A stretch of DNA of 64,000 bases. Source: Pseudomonadota bacterium (lineage in GTDB: Bacteria > Pseudomonadota > Alphaproteobacteria > Rhizobiales > Devosiaceae). Every line of letters starts with the position of its first letter. Position 1 is the stretch's first letter. The notes below the pieces were generated by a model, which worked only from the letters and a program-made list of their open reading frames with translations, did not search any database and was not told where the DNA came from. The stretch spans positions 28,658 through 92,657 of the forward strand of contig JAEYXQ010000160.1 in NCBI GenBank assembly GCA_023431205.1. Direction: 5' to 3'. The translations under genes were made by a program, and so were the position numbers. Shown piece by piece: positions 24,878 through 34,480 of this stretch.

Positions 24878-27612
24878 TGCCCATTTGGCTGATCCAGGTC
24901 CTTGTCGGCATTGTTCTCAATGTCGCGGCGACGCTCATCAAGGGGATGGGCGAGCAGGACAAGAAGCAGGTTGCCGGCGTCCGGGGCACCATCCAGTCCG
25001 GCGGTGACCACGCCCCGACCTTCATCATCGGCCGCTACGGCACCGCCGGGAAACTGAAGTATGCTGGCACCTGGGGCGAGGTGGGGGGCACGCCGAATGC
25101 CTACTACTCCAAAGTCGTCGAGGTCAGCTATCTGCCGATCCGAGGCTTCTCAGGCTTCTTCGTCAATGGCGAGCGGGTGACCCTGGCTGACACCAAGACC
25201 GGCGATCTCGGCTATGCCGTCCTTGAGTACCGCGTCAACGGCGTCGACCATCTCTGGATCAACCCGTACACCGGCAGTCAGGTCGCGCCTGATCCTCTGA
25301 TGCGGGCACAGTTCGGCAGCGACCCTGAACGGCCCTACACCGCCGACATGATCGGCTATGGCCTCGGCTATTTCGTCGCTACGGCACTGGTGAACCGGGA
25401 ACTGTTCCCCGGCTCCCCTGAGTACCTGGCGGAAGTCGACGGCATCGAACTGGACGATCCTCGCGCCGGTACGCCGCAGCACGACAACCCCATCGTGGCG
25501 ATTTACACGCTGCTCAAGGGCCTCTCCTACGCGGGCCAGTGGGTCTATGGGCCGCAGACCTATTCCGACACCAACTTTCGTCTGCCCAACCTCACGGCCG
25601 AGGCGGACAAGTGCGACGCTCCAATTGTGCTCGCCGGCGGCGGTACGATGCCGCGCTTCCGCATGGGGCTGGAAGTGGCGATCGATGCGGAGCCACATGC
25701 CATTGTCGGTGAACTGTTGAAGGCCTGCCAGGGCCGCTGGGCTGACGTCGGAGGCGTGTTCAAGTTTCTCGTGGGTGAACCCGGTTCACCAGTGGTGGCG
25801 ATCACCGACGAAGACATGGTGATCACCGAGCAGCAGACATTCGAGCCATTCCCCGGTTTGGAGTCGCTGTTCAACGGCATGACGGCGACCTATCCGGAGC
25901 CGGGCGAGGCATGGGAGACCAAGGAAGCGCCGCCCCGCTACAGGAGCGACCTGGAGGTGGCGGACGGTCGACGGCTGCCGTTCTCCACCGACTACAAGGC
26001 CGTTCCCTACGCGGTCCAGGTGCAGGAGCTGATGCGGGCCGCGATCGAAGAGACACGCCGCTTCCGTCGCCACACCCAGACCATGCCGCCCGAGTGGTGG
26101 GAGTACGAGGTGCTGGACGTTGCGGCCTGGACCAGCGATCGCAATGGTTACGAGGCCAAGCAGTTCCTGATCACCGCCATGGAGGATCTGCCGAACGCTA
26201 ACCAGTTCGTCGGGCTGCAGGAGATCGATCCGGCCGACTACGATTGGTCCAGCGACTACGAGTTGCCGTGGGACGTCGCCCCATTGGTGATCGCACGGCC
26301 ACCGCCGCAGCCCGTCTCCGGCTTCTATGCAGAGCCGGTGCCGGGGATGGTGGCCTATGACGCACACTGGGCTGCAGCATCAGTGACGGCGGACGTGCAG
26401 TTCGTTCGCGTCTCACATCGGACGCCGGGCGCAACCGTGCCGCGCTGGTCAGGCCTGATCCCCAAGCCAAATCTACTCGAGGGTGCAGGCCGGGTGACGG
26501 AAGCGCTCGTTTCCGGTGAATTGGTGGAGGTGCAGATCGAGTACGTGCCGTACTCAGGCCGGGCCACGATCGCGAGCGACTGGTTTCCGGTGCAGATCGC
26601 CACTGTCACGGTCGGGATCGACGATCTCACCGAGGAACTCCGCGAGACCTTCGAGGAGACACAGGAGTTCCTCGACACGCAACTGCCGTCCATCATCGGC
26701 GAGTTGAACAACCTGCAGGCACAGCTGGCAGACATCGCATCGGCGCCGGATTACGACAGCGGAGACCCCTACGACGAAGGCGACCTGGTTAAGTTTAACG
26801 GCGGGCTCTACCGCGCCCTGCAGGCGGTGCCAGCCGGGACCGACCCGACCAATGCGGCCTATTGGGAGAAGATCGGCGACTATGCCTCGATCGGCGAGGC
26901 GGTAGCGGCGCTCGCAGCTCAAATTGACGCTTTGGAGACCGAGGTGGAGGCCACCAATGAACGGGCGCGGTCGATCACCACCACCTCCCGCCGCCAGCAC
27001 AATGCGCTGCTGAATGCTGCCGTGCTCAACTCGGAGCAGGGCGGTAACCAGGCCATCGAGAACGCTGACCAACTGGCCGCCGCGGCCTCGATCGGCGAAA
27101 CGATGCGGACCGAGGTCAGCCGCATCGACGACACCATCACTGCCGTGTCCGAGCAGGTGGAGGTGGTGCAGGCGCAGGTGGAGACCGATATCGCCCAAGC
27201 CATCTCCGCGGTCATTACCCAGGTCGAGAGCGTCGGTGGCCAGGTCACTGCATTGGTGACGTCTCTGAACAGCCTTCGGGCCGTGGTTGGCGAGAGCAGC
27301 TCGGAGATCCTGATCAAGGGAGAGGCGGTGGCCGCGCCCGCCGGCGTTTCGGCGCGCTACGCCATCCGGCTACAGACCACCAACGGCGACGGCGAGATCA
27401 TCGGCACCGCCACACTGTTCGCCGACGTCATGCCGGACGGCACAACCAGGTGGGGCTTCTCCGCGGACGAGACTGTGTTCTTCGCCGAGGATGGCACTCC
27501 CCTGGCCCTGTTCGACGGCGTCAACAAGACGTTCCGCAGCGCCAACAACGCCTTCAACGTCCATCTCGTGACCGGCGCTCTCGTGGCAACCGGCTTCTTC
27601 AGCCTCGGGTGA
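24877..27612 (+). CDS. Tail tip / central fibre protein (gpJ-like) with CBM5/12-like insert and coiled coil
   Basis: 911 aa; YPEPGEAWE motif; YDEGDLVKFNGGLYRA...PTNAAYW repeat; C-terminal coiled coil. Confidence 0.8.
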   Translation: MPIWLIQVLVGIVLNVAATLIKGMGEQDKKQVAGVRGTIQSGGDHAPTFIIGRYGTAGKLKYAGTWGEVGGTPNAYYSKVVEVSYLPIRGFSGFFVNGERVTLADTKTGDLGYAVLEYRVNGVDHLWINPYTGSQVAPDPLMRAQFGSDPERPYTADMIGYGLGYFVATALVNRELFPGSPEYLAEVDGIELDDPRAGTPQHDNPIVAIYTLLKGLSYAGQWVYGPQTYSDTNFRLPNLTAEADKCDAPIVLAGGGTMPRFRMGLEVAIDAEPHAIVGELLKACQGRWADVGGVFKFLVGEPGSPVVAITDEDMVITEQQTFEPFPGLESLFNGMTATYPEPGEAWETKEAPPRYRSDLEVADGRRLPFSTDYKAVPYAVQVQELMRAAIEETRRFRRHTQTMPPEWWEYEVLDVAAWTSDRNGYEAKQFLITAMEDLPNANQFVGLQEIDPADYDWSSDYELPWDVAPLVIARPPPQPVSGFYAEPVPGMVAYDAHWAAASVTADVQFVRVSHRTPGATVPRWSGLIPKPNLLEGAGRVTEALVSGELVEVQIEYVPYSGRATIASDWFPVQIATVTVGIDDLTEELRETFEETQEFLDTQLPSIIGELNNLQAQLADIASAPDYDSGDPYDEGDLVKFNGGLYRALQAVPAGTDPTNAAYWEKIGDYASIGEAVAALAAQIDALETEVEATNERARSITTTSRRQHNALLNAAVLNSEQGGNQAIENADQLAAAASIGETMRTEVSRIDDTITAVSEQVEVVQAQVETDIAQAISAVITQVESVGGQVTALVTSLNSLRAVVGESSSEILIKGEAVAAPAGVSARYAIRLQTTNGDGEIIGTATLFADVMPDGTTRWGFSADETVFFAEDGTPLALFDGVNKTFRSANNAFNVHLVTGALVATGFFSLG

Positions 27613-27616
27613 CGCT

Positions 27617-28432
27617 ATGGCAGTGATCCGCGGCGGCTTCCTGGACGCTCCTGACATTGTTGCCTGCTACGAGGAAGCGCCCGGTGGCGGAGACATCCGC
27701 TACATCAGCTCGCCCTGCAACGCGCCGGCAGCGAACCCGATGGCGCATCTCGATAAGGTGGTCTGGCACCCAAGCCTGTTCCTGTGGGAGGTGGTGTTCG
27801 TCGGCGACGTGCCGGTTACCCACTCTGCCTATGCCGGCAAAACGACGACTTACGGGGTGTCCTCTGGCGGCACCTTCTACCAGTACAACGGCATCCCTGC
27901 GTCTGCCGTGGGGGTGCAGGTCTACGGCCAGTCAACCATTGTCGATCGCCTTCTCTACACCCATGGTGCCGGCTCGGACGTGTTCGCCATGGTGGCCTAT
28001 CAGGGACGCATGCTTCCATCAGGCTATATGGTCCAGCAGGAGTCATCCGGCGCGATCCGGCTGGTGTCGCCCTGGTACAATGCCGGCGGCGTCTACCTCC
28101 GCGAGACCCTGATCTCCAGCAACACGGACCTGCCGGCGGCAGACCGGACGTATTCAGTCCTCGTGATGCGCAACCGTGCCCCGGACCCGTCCAAGCCCAA
28201 TCTGTCGGGTGGCCCCGGATTGCCGCTGCAGATGTGCCGGGGGATGATCGACAGTTCACGGCGGTACGCCAAGAAGGTAGCGGCCGGAGACTCCCCGTTT
28301 GATCTGAACCTCGGCCCCACCCTGGACATCGGCAACGGTCGGCAGCGGTCCGCGACTGGCGGCATCATAGTCGACGAAGCCGGGTACGTCGGGGGCATGG
28401 GTGCCCCGGCCTTTGTCTCGATAGGGGTGTAG
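27617..28432 (+). CDS. Tail-associated protein
   Basis: 271 aa beta-rich ORF in tail operon. Confidence 0.6.
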   Translation: MAVIRGGFLDAPDIVACYEEAPGGGDIRYISSPCNAPAANPMAHLDKVVWHPSLFLWEVVFVGDVPVTHSAYAGKTTTYGVSSGGTFYQYNGIPASAVGVQVYGQSTIVDRLLYTHGAGSDVFAMVAYQGRMLPSGYMVQQESSGAIRLVSPWYNAGGVYLRETLISSNTDLPAADRTYSVLVMRNRAPDPSKPNLSGGPGLPLQMCRGMIDSSRRYAKKVAAGDSPFDLNLGPTLDIGNGRQRSATGGIIVDEAGYVGGMGAPAFVSIGV

Positions 28433-28435
28433 CCG

Positions 28436-29200
28436 ATGCCCGTGACCAAGGTTGGCGGCGTCCTGACCCATATCGAGGGTGGCCGGACGGTATGGGCTGC
28501 TAACCACCAGCCGGCCCTGCTGTTCCCGGCGGCGGCGGTGACGCCGGAGGTCAGCATCTGGTTTCCGCACCTTCAGACCGGGAACGCGTACGCTTACGCC
28601 AACTCCTCTGGCGGTCCATTCGCCCAGAACGTGGCCGCAACCTACATCACGGCCGTCCCCCAGGAGTATGACAGCGGCCTTCTCGGCCCGATCGCGGTGC
28701 TGCCGGACGGCTGCAACTACTTTCGAGCCGAGGCCTATCTCGCAAGGACCAGCAGCCCCTATGGCTTCATGGGGTCCGTTCCTCGCGGGGACCCCGGGGC
28801 CACCATACCGAAGCTGATCGCCGAAAGCACATGGGTGGCACTCGACGGTGCAGCAACGATGCTGGAGCAGGTCAGCTCCCTGCGGCGCATGTTCCGCTTG
28901 GAACGCCTGGGCAATGCCGTCTACCTGCGGGTCAAGCAGTCGGTAAACAACGGCGGCTTCCAGTTCAACTGGCTTCCCGGCAACTCGCCCACCGGCGGCG
29001 CCGGCCAACAGCTGACCGGCTGGACCTATGGCGGGCCCGCGCTCGCTGCCTATGGCTGGCCCTTCTACGAACGGGACGCCCGGGCCGGTGGCACCATCAA
29101 TCGGGGCCAGGGCAACCAGCTGCCTGTCGACGATATCACGAACTTCTCGTCCACCTGGACGGGGCTACTCCGCATAACTCCCGGCTACATCAAAGGCTGA
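28436..29200 (+). CDS. Tail-associated protein
   Basis: 254 aa Gly/aromatic-rich ORF in tail operon. Confidence 0.6.
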   Translation: MPVTKVGGVLTHIEGGRTVWAANHQPALLFPAAAVTPEVSIWFPHLQTGNAYAYANSSGGPFAQNVAATYITAVPQEYDSGLLGPIAVLPDGCNYFRAEAYLARTSSPYGFMGSVPRGDPGATIPKLIAESTWVALDGAATMLEQVSSLRRMFRLERLGNAVYLRVKQSVNNGGFQFNWLPGNSPTGGAGQQLTGWTYGGPALAAYGWPFYERDARAGGTINRGQGNQLPVDDITNFSSTWTGLLRITPGYIKG

Positions 29201-29204
29201 CACC

Positions 29205-30260
29205 ATGCCGCTCTCGCAAGTCGATCCCTACTACCGTGCCGGCACCGCCACCTTTGGCGCCACGGCCGTCGTCACTGGGCAGGGCACCGCCTGGCTGACC
29301 AACGTCGAGCCGGGCGACCAGATCTTCAACCGGCTCGGCCAGATGGCCGTGGTGCAGAGCGTCGACAGCAACACCCAGATCACGCTGGTGGCGCCTTTCG
29401 CCGGCACGGCGCAGACGGCGCAGGCTTACACCATCTACCGGGTGCCGGATTCGGTGCGGCTGGAGAACTTCAGCCAGCGCATGGTCAATCTGTTGCAGGG
29501 CGGCGTGCTGACCACCCTCGGCAATCTCGACGGCACCAATGGCGACAAGGGCCTGATGCTCAATGGTGCGGGGTCTGCAACCACCTTCCCGCTGACCGCC
29601 TTTGGCCGAAGCCTCGCCGCCGCCATCAGCGGGGCAGCTGCCTATGGAGCGCTTGGAGCGATCCCGAACGCACAACTGCCATCTCGCCTTGGTACAACCG
29701 GTAGGGCCATTCCGAGCAACAACTACGATCTTGCTTTCGAGAACGGGTTCTATGCTGGAGCAGGTGCGTCTGCGGTCAATGGGCCGCCCGGCAATGCTGC
29801 CTATGGCCCGCTGCTGGTGCTGGGTACGGCCAGCTCGAACTACATGGTTCAACTGGCGTTCTTCGGTACCGCCGCCACTGGGGTCATTGGCTATTGGCGC
29901 GGGACCAACAATCAGGGCGGCACATGGTCGGCATGGACCCCGCTGCATGTCGAAACCGGCAGCAACGCCAACGGGCGCTATGTCCGGCTTCCGGACGGCA
30001 CGCAGATCTGCTGGTTCAGCTACAACATCGGCATCATCACGCCCGGTGCTTATTACGACGTCAGTGGCTCCTTCCCCGCGGCATTCTCAAGCACCACTGA
30101 CCTGCGGCTGTTCTGCAGCGTCTCGGCGGTGAACACCGGTCCTTCCGCGACATTCCAGAGGCTGACCAAGACCAGCGTCAGCGCCTGGAGCGCCCTGGCG
30201 ACGCAGAACGTCGCCGGCACCCTCACCTTCGACGCCATGGCTATTGGACGGTGGTTCTGA
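29205..30260 (+). CDS. Tail fibre protein
   Basis: YRAGT...VTGQGTAW anchor; knob-like NGFY...WSAW region; GSNANGRYVRLPDGTQICW; ends AIGRWF. Confidence 0.88.
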   Translation: MPLSQVDPYYRAGTATFGATAVVTGQGTAWLTNVEPGDQIFNRLGQMAVVQSVDSNTQITLVAPFAGTAQTAQAYTIYRVPDSVRLENFSQRMVNLLQGGVLTTLGNLDGTNGDKGLMLNGAGSATTFPLTAFGRSLAAAISGAAAYGALGAIPNAQLPSRLGTTGRAIPSNNYDLAFENGFYAGAGASAVNGPPGNAAYGPLLVLGTASSNYMVQLAFFGTAATGVIGYWRGTNNQGGTWSAWTPLHVETGSNANGRYVRLPDGTQICWFSYNIGIITPGAYYDVSGSFPAAFSSTTDLRLFCSVSAVNTGPSATFQRLTKTSVSAWSALATQNVAGTLTFDAMAIGRWF

Positions 30261-30580
30261 TGCGCATCACGTTTTCACCCATCCGCTGGGACCGCACGCT
30301 CGAGCTGGAGAAGACCTCGGGCGACAGGCTCCGCATCAATGGCGAGCTGTTCAACTTCAACACGCTTCCGGAGGGCGGCACCATCCCGGCCGGGGCCATC
30401 CCCAGCGACTGGATCGTGGGGCCGGTGGAGAGGGTGGATGGCGAGGTTTTCCTGACCCTGAACCTGCCGCACGGACCGCTGCCCCCGGGCAAGGCAGCCG
30501 TCGCCCCGCCGACCATCACCGTGACAGCGGATGGCCCGATCGCGGTGCCAAACGAGGAGCTCGCCGATGTGGTCGCCTGA
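30260..30580 (+). CDS. Tail fibre assembly-associated protein
   Basis: MRITFSPIR.D...INGELFNF..LPEG...LPHG family that follows such fibres. Confidence 0.75.
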   Translation: MRITFSPIRWDRTLELEKTSGDRLRINGELFNFNTLPEGGTIPAGAIPSDWIVGPVERVDGEVFLTLNLPHGPLPPGKAAVAPPTITVTADGPIAVPNEELADVVA

Positions 30581-30914
30581 CCCTACCCAGTTCATCACCG
30601 CCGAGCAGAAGGCTGCTGAGGCTCGCGCCGCATGGGTGCTGTGCGTCAAAGCCGAGTGCCGCCGACGCATCCTGCTGATCATGTCCGAAGACCAGCAGCG
30701 GAACACGCTGGCGGCGGGGCAGGCGGCAGTGATGCAGCACGGCCCTGATCCGGCAAACTGGCCGGAGCCGCTTCAGCAGCGTCAGGAGGCAGCAATGTCG
30801 GCCTGGTCCGAGATCGAGCGGCTGCGGGCGCGGTCGAATGAGATCGAGTTGATGGAGCCGATGCCGGCGGATGTGAGCGACAACGAGCTATGGGGCTCTG
30901 CGGCTCTGCGCTAG
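30567..30914 (+). CDS. Tail fibre-associated chaperone-like protein
   Basis: ITAEQKAAE...KAECRRRI...LRARSNEIE. Confidence 0.65.
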   Translation: MWSPDPTQFITAEQKAAEARAAWVLCVKAECRRRILLIMSEDQQRNTLAAGQAAVMQHGPDPANWPEPLQQRQEAAMSAWSEIERLRARSNEIELMEPMPADVSDNELWGSAALR

Positions 30915-30982
30915 ACGTCTCAACTTTTATTTGCAGACCTGAGGGCTAAGGGACTAGTCATCTCCCGCTGAGGGAGTGCGGC

Positions 30983-31414
30983 ATGCTTAATCAACAGCCT
31001 GAGACCGTGGAGGACTGGCTTAAGCTTGCCGACAATTACCGTGCAGCATGTGAACTGCTGATTTCGAACCCAGACATGGGGGCAATAGCTTGGTCCCAAG
31101 CTGGGTTTGCGTTGGAATGCACAATGAAGGCAGCTATCCACGCTCAGTTCCGGTTCAACAGGTGGCCTGCACAATCGGAGCGGAGAGAACTGTACACTCA
31201 TGACTTGGAAAAGCTGGCCGGTATTCTAGGCATGACCGTAGAGCCATCTGCCGAGATAGCGCCAGCGTGGGCGACCGTGATACAGTGGCGCCGCACCCAT
31301 ATGTACAACCCTAGCGAGTTTCCGCCTGCTGTAGTCAGGTCGCTAATAGACGCAGTTTTTTCAGAGGAGGGCATGTGCCAATGGATGCGCCGGACCTACC
31401 TGCCGAATTACTGA
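30983..31414 (+). CDS. HEPN-domain protein
   Basis: AGFALECTMKA helix, RELYTHDL, W.TVIQW. Confidence 0.75.
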   Translation: MLNQQPETVEDWLKLADNYRAACELLISNPDMGAIAWSQAGFALECTMKAAIHAQFRFNRWPAQSERRELYTHDLEKLAGILGMTVEPSAEIAPAWATVIQWRRTHMYNPSEFPPAVVRSLIDAVFSEEGMCQWMRRTYLPNY

Positions 31415-31851
31415 CGGCCGGGCGAGAGTATCTAGGATCATTGCGCAACCTAGGACTCCGTCCAGAGCTATTCGCGTGGGGTTACGACTTCCCAGGCGAG
31501 AAGTTTTTCTTGTTCCTAGTGTGGCCTGGGATCGATCGGTACGGACCGCTTCAGCTGAACAAGCTTCTCTTCGCCGCTTACAATGCCTCAGCCTTGCCCA
31601 AGGCCATCGATCCCTTCCTGGTGCATTGTGTGAGCCCGAAGTCGTCCTTGGCGCGGGATATTCGTTCGCAACTTAGAAATCCGAAGTGGGAAGCAATCCA
31701 GACCGGGCGCGAGACCAGCCCTGGTCAGGTTGCGGCAGCTACAGAATTTCGCCGCGAGTGGATCTACGACCGGGCAGATAAGCGCAGCGCGGTCGATGTT
31801 ACACGCGACTGGCGCCGCTTCACTGAAAGAGTCGGGGCCTTAGCCGCATAG
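31381..31851 (+). CDS. HEPN partner protein (possibly degenerate nucleotidyltransferase-like)
   Basis: Overlaps the HEPN gene, GGAGG RBS region; AW.Y......FLFLV.. Confidence 0.6.
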   Translation: MDAPDLPAELLTAGREYLGSLRNLGLRPELFAWGYDFPGEKFFLFLVWPGIDRYGPLQLNKLLFAAYNASALPKAIDPFLVHCVSPKSSLARDIRSQLRNPKWEAIQTGRETSPGQVAAATEFRREWIYDRADKRSAVDVTRDWRRFTERVGALAA

Positions 31852-31876
31852 TTCAACCTGTTCATCCAAGATTGTT

Positions 31877-31905
31877 GAGCCCCGCCACCGAGCGGGGCTT
31901 TTCTT
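31877..31905 (+). terminator. Rho-independent terminator
   Basis: AGCCCCGC-CACCGA-GCGGGGCT followed by TTTCTT. Confidence 0.75.
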
Positions 31906-31939
31906 GCCCACCAACACCACCCCATCCAACACATAGAGG

Positions 31940-32629
31940 TTAGCGCTTTTGACGAAGAGCCGCGCCACCAAAGGCCATCCGATGCGCTTTCAGCCTGGCT
32001 CTACGTTCCCGGTTGACGTTCTTCCGGCGCTCCGACTGGCGTTCGACCGTCGGCGGCTTTTCGTGGGCTTTTGCCTCGGGTTTTCCTTCGCCCTTCTTCT
32101 TAACACGATCGTTGTGCTGCTGGTTTTCTAAGGGCGACGAGTTGTGCAGGAGCGCTTGCCGCGAAAGGAGGTCAAGGGCATCTGAGTAGAACGCTGCAGA
32201 TGCTCTGCTGTCCGCCACTTGCAAAGCAAAAGCATCGTTTTGCAGCTGGTAGGCCAAAAACGCGACAAACGTCGAGAGCGCCGCAAAGCCCAACACGAGG
32301 AAGCGCTCCAACAAACCAGCCAATAGCGGATTGATCGCGGCCGCCTCGCGGACAGCCTGCTGTTTGGATATGTCTTTGCGCTGCGCCCGTTCGGCAATCT
32401 CCTTGATCTGCCGAAGTACGGCAGCGCTGATGGGCGGACCCTCCACCATCTCAAGCCCATTGCCGCGATCGCTAAAGACGCCATCGACGATGTTGGCCAT
32501 CCTCCCGCAGTTCGGGCAGGAAATCCTGTTACCCGAGAGCCGAATATTCATCACGTTCTCGACGTGGATGCCGCCGCGGCCATCGAAAACATAGCCGCAG
32601 TGCGGGCAATAAGCAGGAATCGACGGCAT
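31940..32629 (-). CDS. Zn-ribbon plus TM hypothetical protein (moron)
   Basis: CPHC and CPNC pairs, one hydrophobic segment, basic tail; GGGGAG RBS. Confidence 0.7.
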   Translation of the reverse strand: MPSIPAYCPHCGYVFDGRGGIHVENVMNIRLSGNRISCPNCGRMANIVDGVFSDRGNGLEMVEGPPISAAVLRQIKEIAERAQRKDISKQQAVREAAAINPLLAGLLERFLVLGFAALSTFVAFLAYQLQNDAFALQVADSRASAAFYSDALDLLSRQALLHNSSPLENQQHNDRVKKKGEGKPEAKAHEKPPTVERQSERRKNVNRERRARLKAHRMAFGGAALRQKR

Positions 32630-32704
32630 TAATTCTCCCCCAAGCCCAGCCATTGGGTCATGGCGAGACGGCTACCGCAACTCATAACATCACCGGAGTT
32701 CATC

Positions 32705-33418
32705 ATGGACGCAGCGTTCTTCAACGCCGTGCGATCGCTGCTGTATGGCGGCTCGCTCAATCAAGCACAGGTCGACGCGCTCAACGCCATCGGCGCGGCC
32801 TGGGAGCAGTATGGCGACGGCGACGACCGCAAGCTGGCCTACATCCTCGCCACTGCCCACCACGAGACTGGCGGTTTTCGCTACATGCGGGAGATATGGG
32901 GGCCGACGGCGGCGCAGAAGCGGTACGAGGGCCGCAAGGATCTCGGAAACACCCAGCCCGGCGACGGCAAGCGCTTCATGGGCCGCGGCTTCGTGCAACT
33001 GACGGGCCGGCGGAATTATGCCGACTGGTCGAAGCGCACCGGCCTCGATCTCGTCGGCAATCCCGATTTGGTGGTGAAGCCGGAGATCGCAGCCCGCATC
33101 CTGGTGCAGGGCTCGATGCTCGGCACCTTCACCGGCAAGAAACTGGGCGACTACGCCAGTTTCCGCGACATGCGCCGGGTGATCAACGGCACCGACAGGG
33201 CAGGGGACATCGCCCTCTATGCCGATCGGTTCCTTGCCGCTCTACTGGCAGTCAAGGAAGGCGTTTCGCTGCCTCCGCAGGACGATATCCCGCACCACCC
33301 AGAACAGCCGTCCTCGGGCAGCGCTAACAAGCGCAGCGGCATCCCCGGCTGGATCATCGCTGCTGGCCTGCTCGTGCTGGCGGCGGTCCTCGTCGCACTC
33401 TTCACCCCCATCTTCTAG
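32705..33418 (+). CDS. Endolysin, GH19 chitinase-like, with C-terminal TM helix
   Basis: LAYILATAHHETG, GRGFVQLTGRRNY, RRVINGTDRA. Confidence 0.9.
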   Translation: MDAAFFNAVRSLLYGGSLNQAQVDALNAIGAAWEQYGDGDDRKLAYILATAHHETGGFRYMREIWGPTAAQKRYEGRKDLGNTQPGDGKRFMGRGFVQLTGRRNYADWSKRTGLDLVGNPDLVVKPEIAARILVQGSMLGTFTGKKLGDYASFRDMRRVINGTDRAGDIALYADRFLAALLAVKEGVSLPPQDDIPHHPEQPSSGSANKRSGIPGWIIAAGLLVLAAVLVALFTPIF

Positions 33419-33427
33419 GAGGCCGCT

Positions 33428-33622
33428 GTGGCCGAGTTCATCCTTGCCTGCCTGGCCATAGCCGCCGGGCTGATCTGTGCTGCCCTGTCGCTGCTCTCTG
33501 CCGGCGCAAACCATATGGGCGGCGCCACCAATCCCTCCATGGTGGACCACAAGCCCACCGTCATCTTCGCCGTCATCGCCCTTGCTGCCATCGGCGGCGG
33601 CATCTTCATGCTCGTCAACTGA
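33428..33622 (+). CDS. Small 2-TM protein in lysis cassette
   Basis: AGGAGG RBS; two hydrophobic segments. Confidence 0.6.
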   Translation: MAEFILACLAIAAGLICAALSLLSAGANHMGGATNPSMVDHKPTVIFAVIALAAIGGGIFMLVN

Positions 33623-33635
33623 AAGGACCAGCACC

Positions 33636-34001
33636 ATGGGTTTCCTCAACAACGTCGCCGTGCAGTGGCTCATCCGTCGCGTGCCAGAAGTGGCCGGCCT
33701 GGTCGTGTTCATCTCGTCCATCATCCAGGCCATCCCGCCCGAGCACATGGCTACGATCATGGCCATTCTGGCAGGGCAGGGTGGTGGCCTCACCATCACC
33801 GCCGTGATCGGCCTCGGCCTGTGGGTCTATGCCCAGGTCATCAGCTTCCGGAAGACCACTCAGCCCCAGGTGGTGCAGAAGGTAGCCGGCAAGACCGTCA
33901 GCACGCCTCTCGAGGAAGCGCCTGTGGCCAAGGAGCGCATCGAGCAGGTTGTCCCGGCGCCCCGCCGGCGCACGCTGGCTGACATCCTGACGGGGCGGTG
34001 A
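33636..34001 (+). CDS. Holin-like membrane protein
   Basis: AAGGA RBS; 2 TM plus charged C-terminus; follows endolysin. Confidence 0.55.
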   Translation: MGFLNNVAVQWLIRRVPEVAGLVVFISSIIQAIPPEHMATIMAILAGQGGGLTITAVIGLGLWVYAQVISFRKTTQPQVVQKVAGKTVSTPLEEAPVAKERIEQVVPAPRRRTLADILTGR

Positions 34002-34480
34002 TGGACCGCCCGCCCTACGAGGGGCAGGCCATCTGGGTCCAGATATCGCACCGCTTCGGGCCACGCATGCCGGAGTGGTTCATGGCGGGCCACATGACGC
34101 TCTTTGGCGTGGCGCTGCTTGTCGCGCCGGGGCTGTTCCTGCAGCCGACATGGTCCGGGTTCCGGGAGCTGTTCTCGTTCACTGGCTGGTCGACCGATGC
34201 CATTCAGTTCTGGATGGGCATTGCCATGCTGGCCTTTGGATTGGCCCGCTTCGGTGGGCTGATCGTCAACGGCGCTCGCAAGCACGTCACCCCGCGCATC
34301 AGGCAAGTCTCGGCCGGCGTGGGGTGCCTGATCTGGTTCGGCATAGTCTACGGCTTCGCTACCTCCGACGTGTTGAGCACATGGCTCGCCATCTACCCGC
34401 TGTTTGGGGTGAACGAGCTCGTGAATATCCACCGTGCCGCGCACGACGAGGGAGAGACGCGGAATGGCCGAACTGGTTGA
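33998..34480 (+). CDS. 4-TM phage lysis-region membrane protein
   Basis: RMPEW..., LIVNGA...TP.IR motifs; four hydrophobic segments. Confidence 0.65.
   Translation: MMDRPPYEGQAIWVQISHRFGPRMPEWFMAGHMTLFGVALLVAPGLFLQPTWSGFRELFSFTGWSTDAIQFWMGIAMLAFGLARFGGLIVNGARKHVTPRIRQVSAGVGCLIWFGIVYGFATSDVLSTWLAIYPLFGVNELVNIHRAAHDEGETRNGRTG

Noticed and set aside
24877..30914. Diversity-generating retroelement or shufflon acting on tail fibres
   Set aside because: No reverse transcriptase, no TR/VR duplicate, and no alternative fibre C-termini or inverted crossover repeats noticed.
4647..30914. Gene transfer agent rather than prophage
   Set aside because: Lambda-type head genes, many morons and a tRNA att junction fit a prophage; only the head spike is GTA-like.
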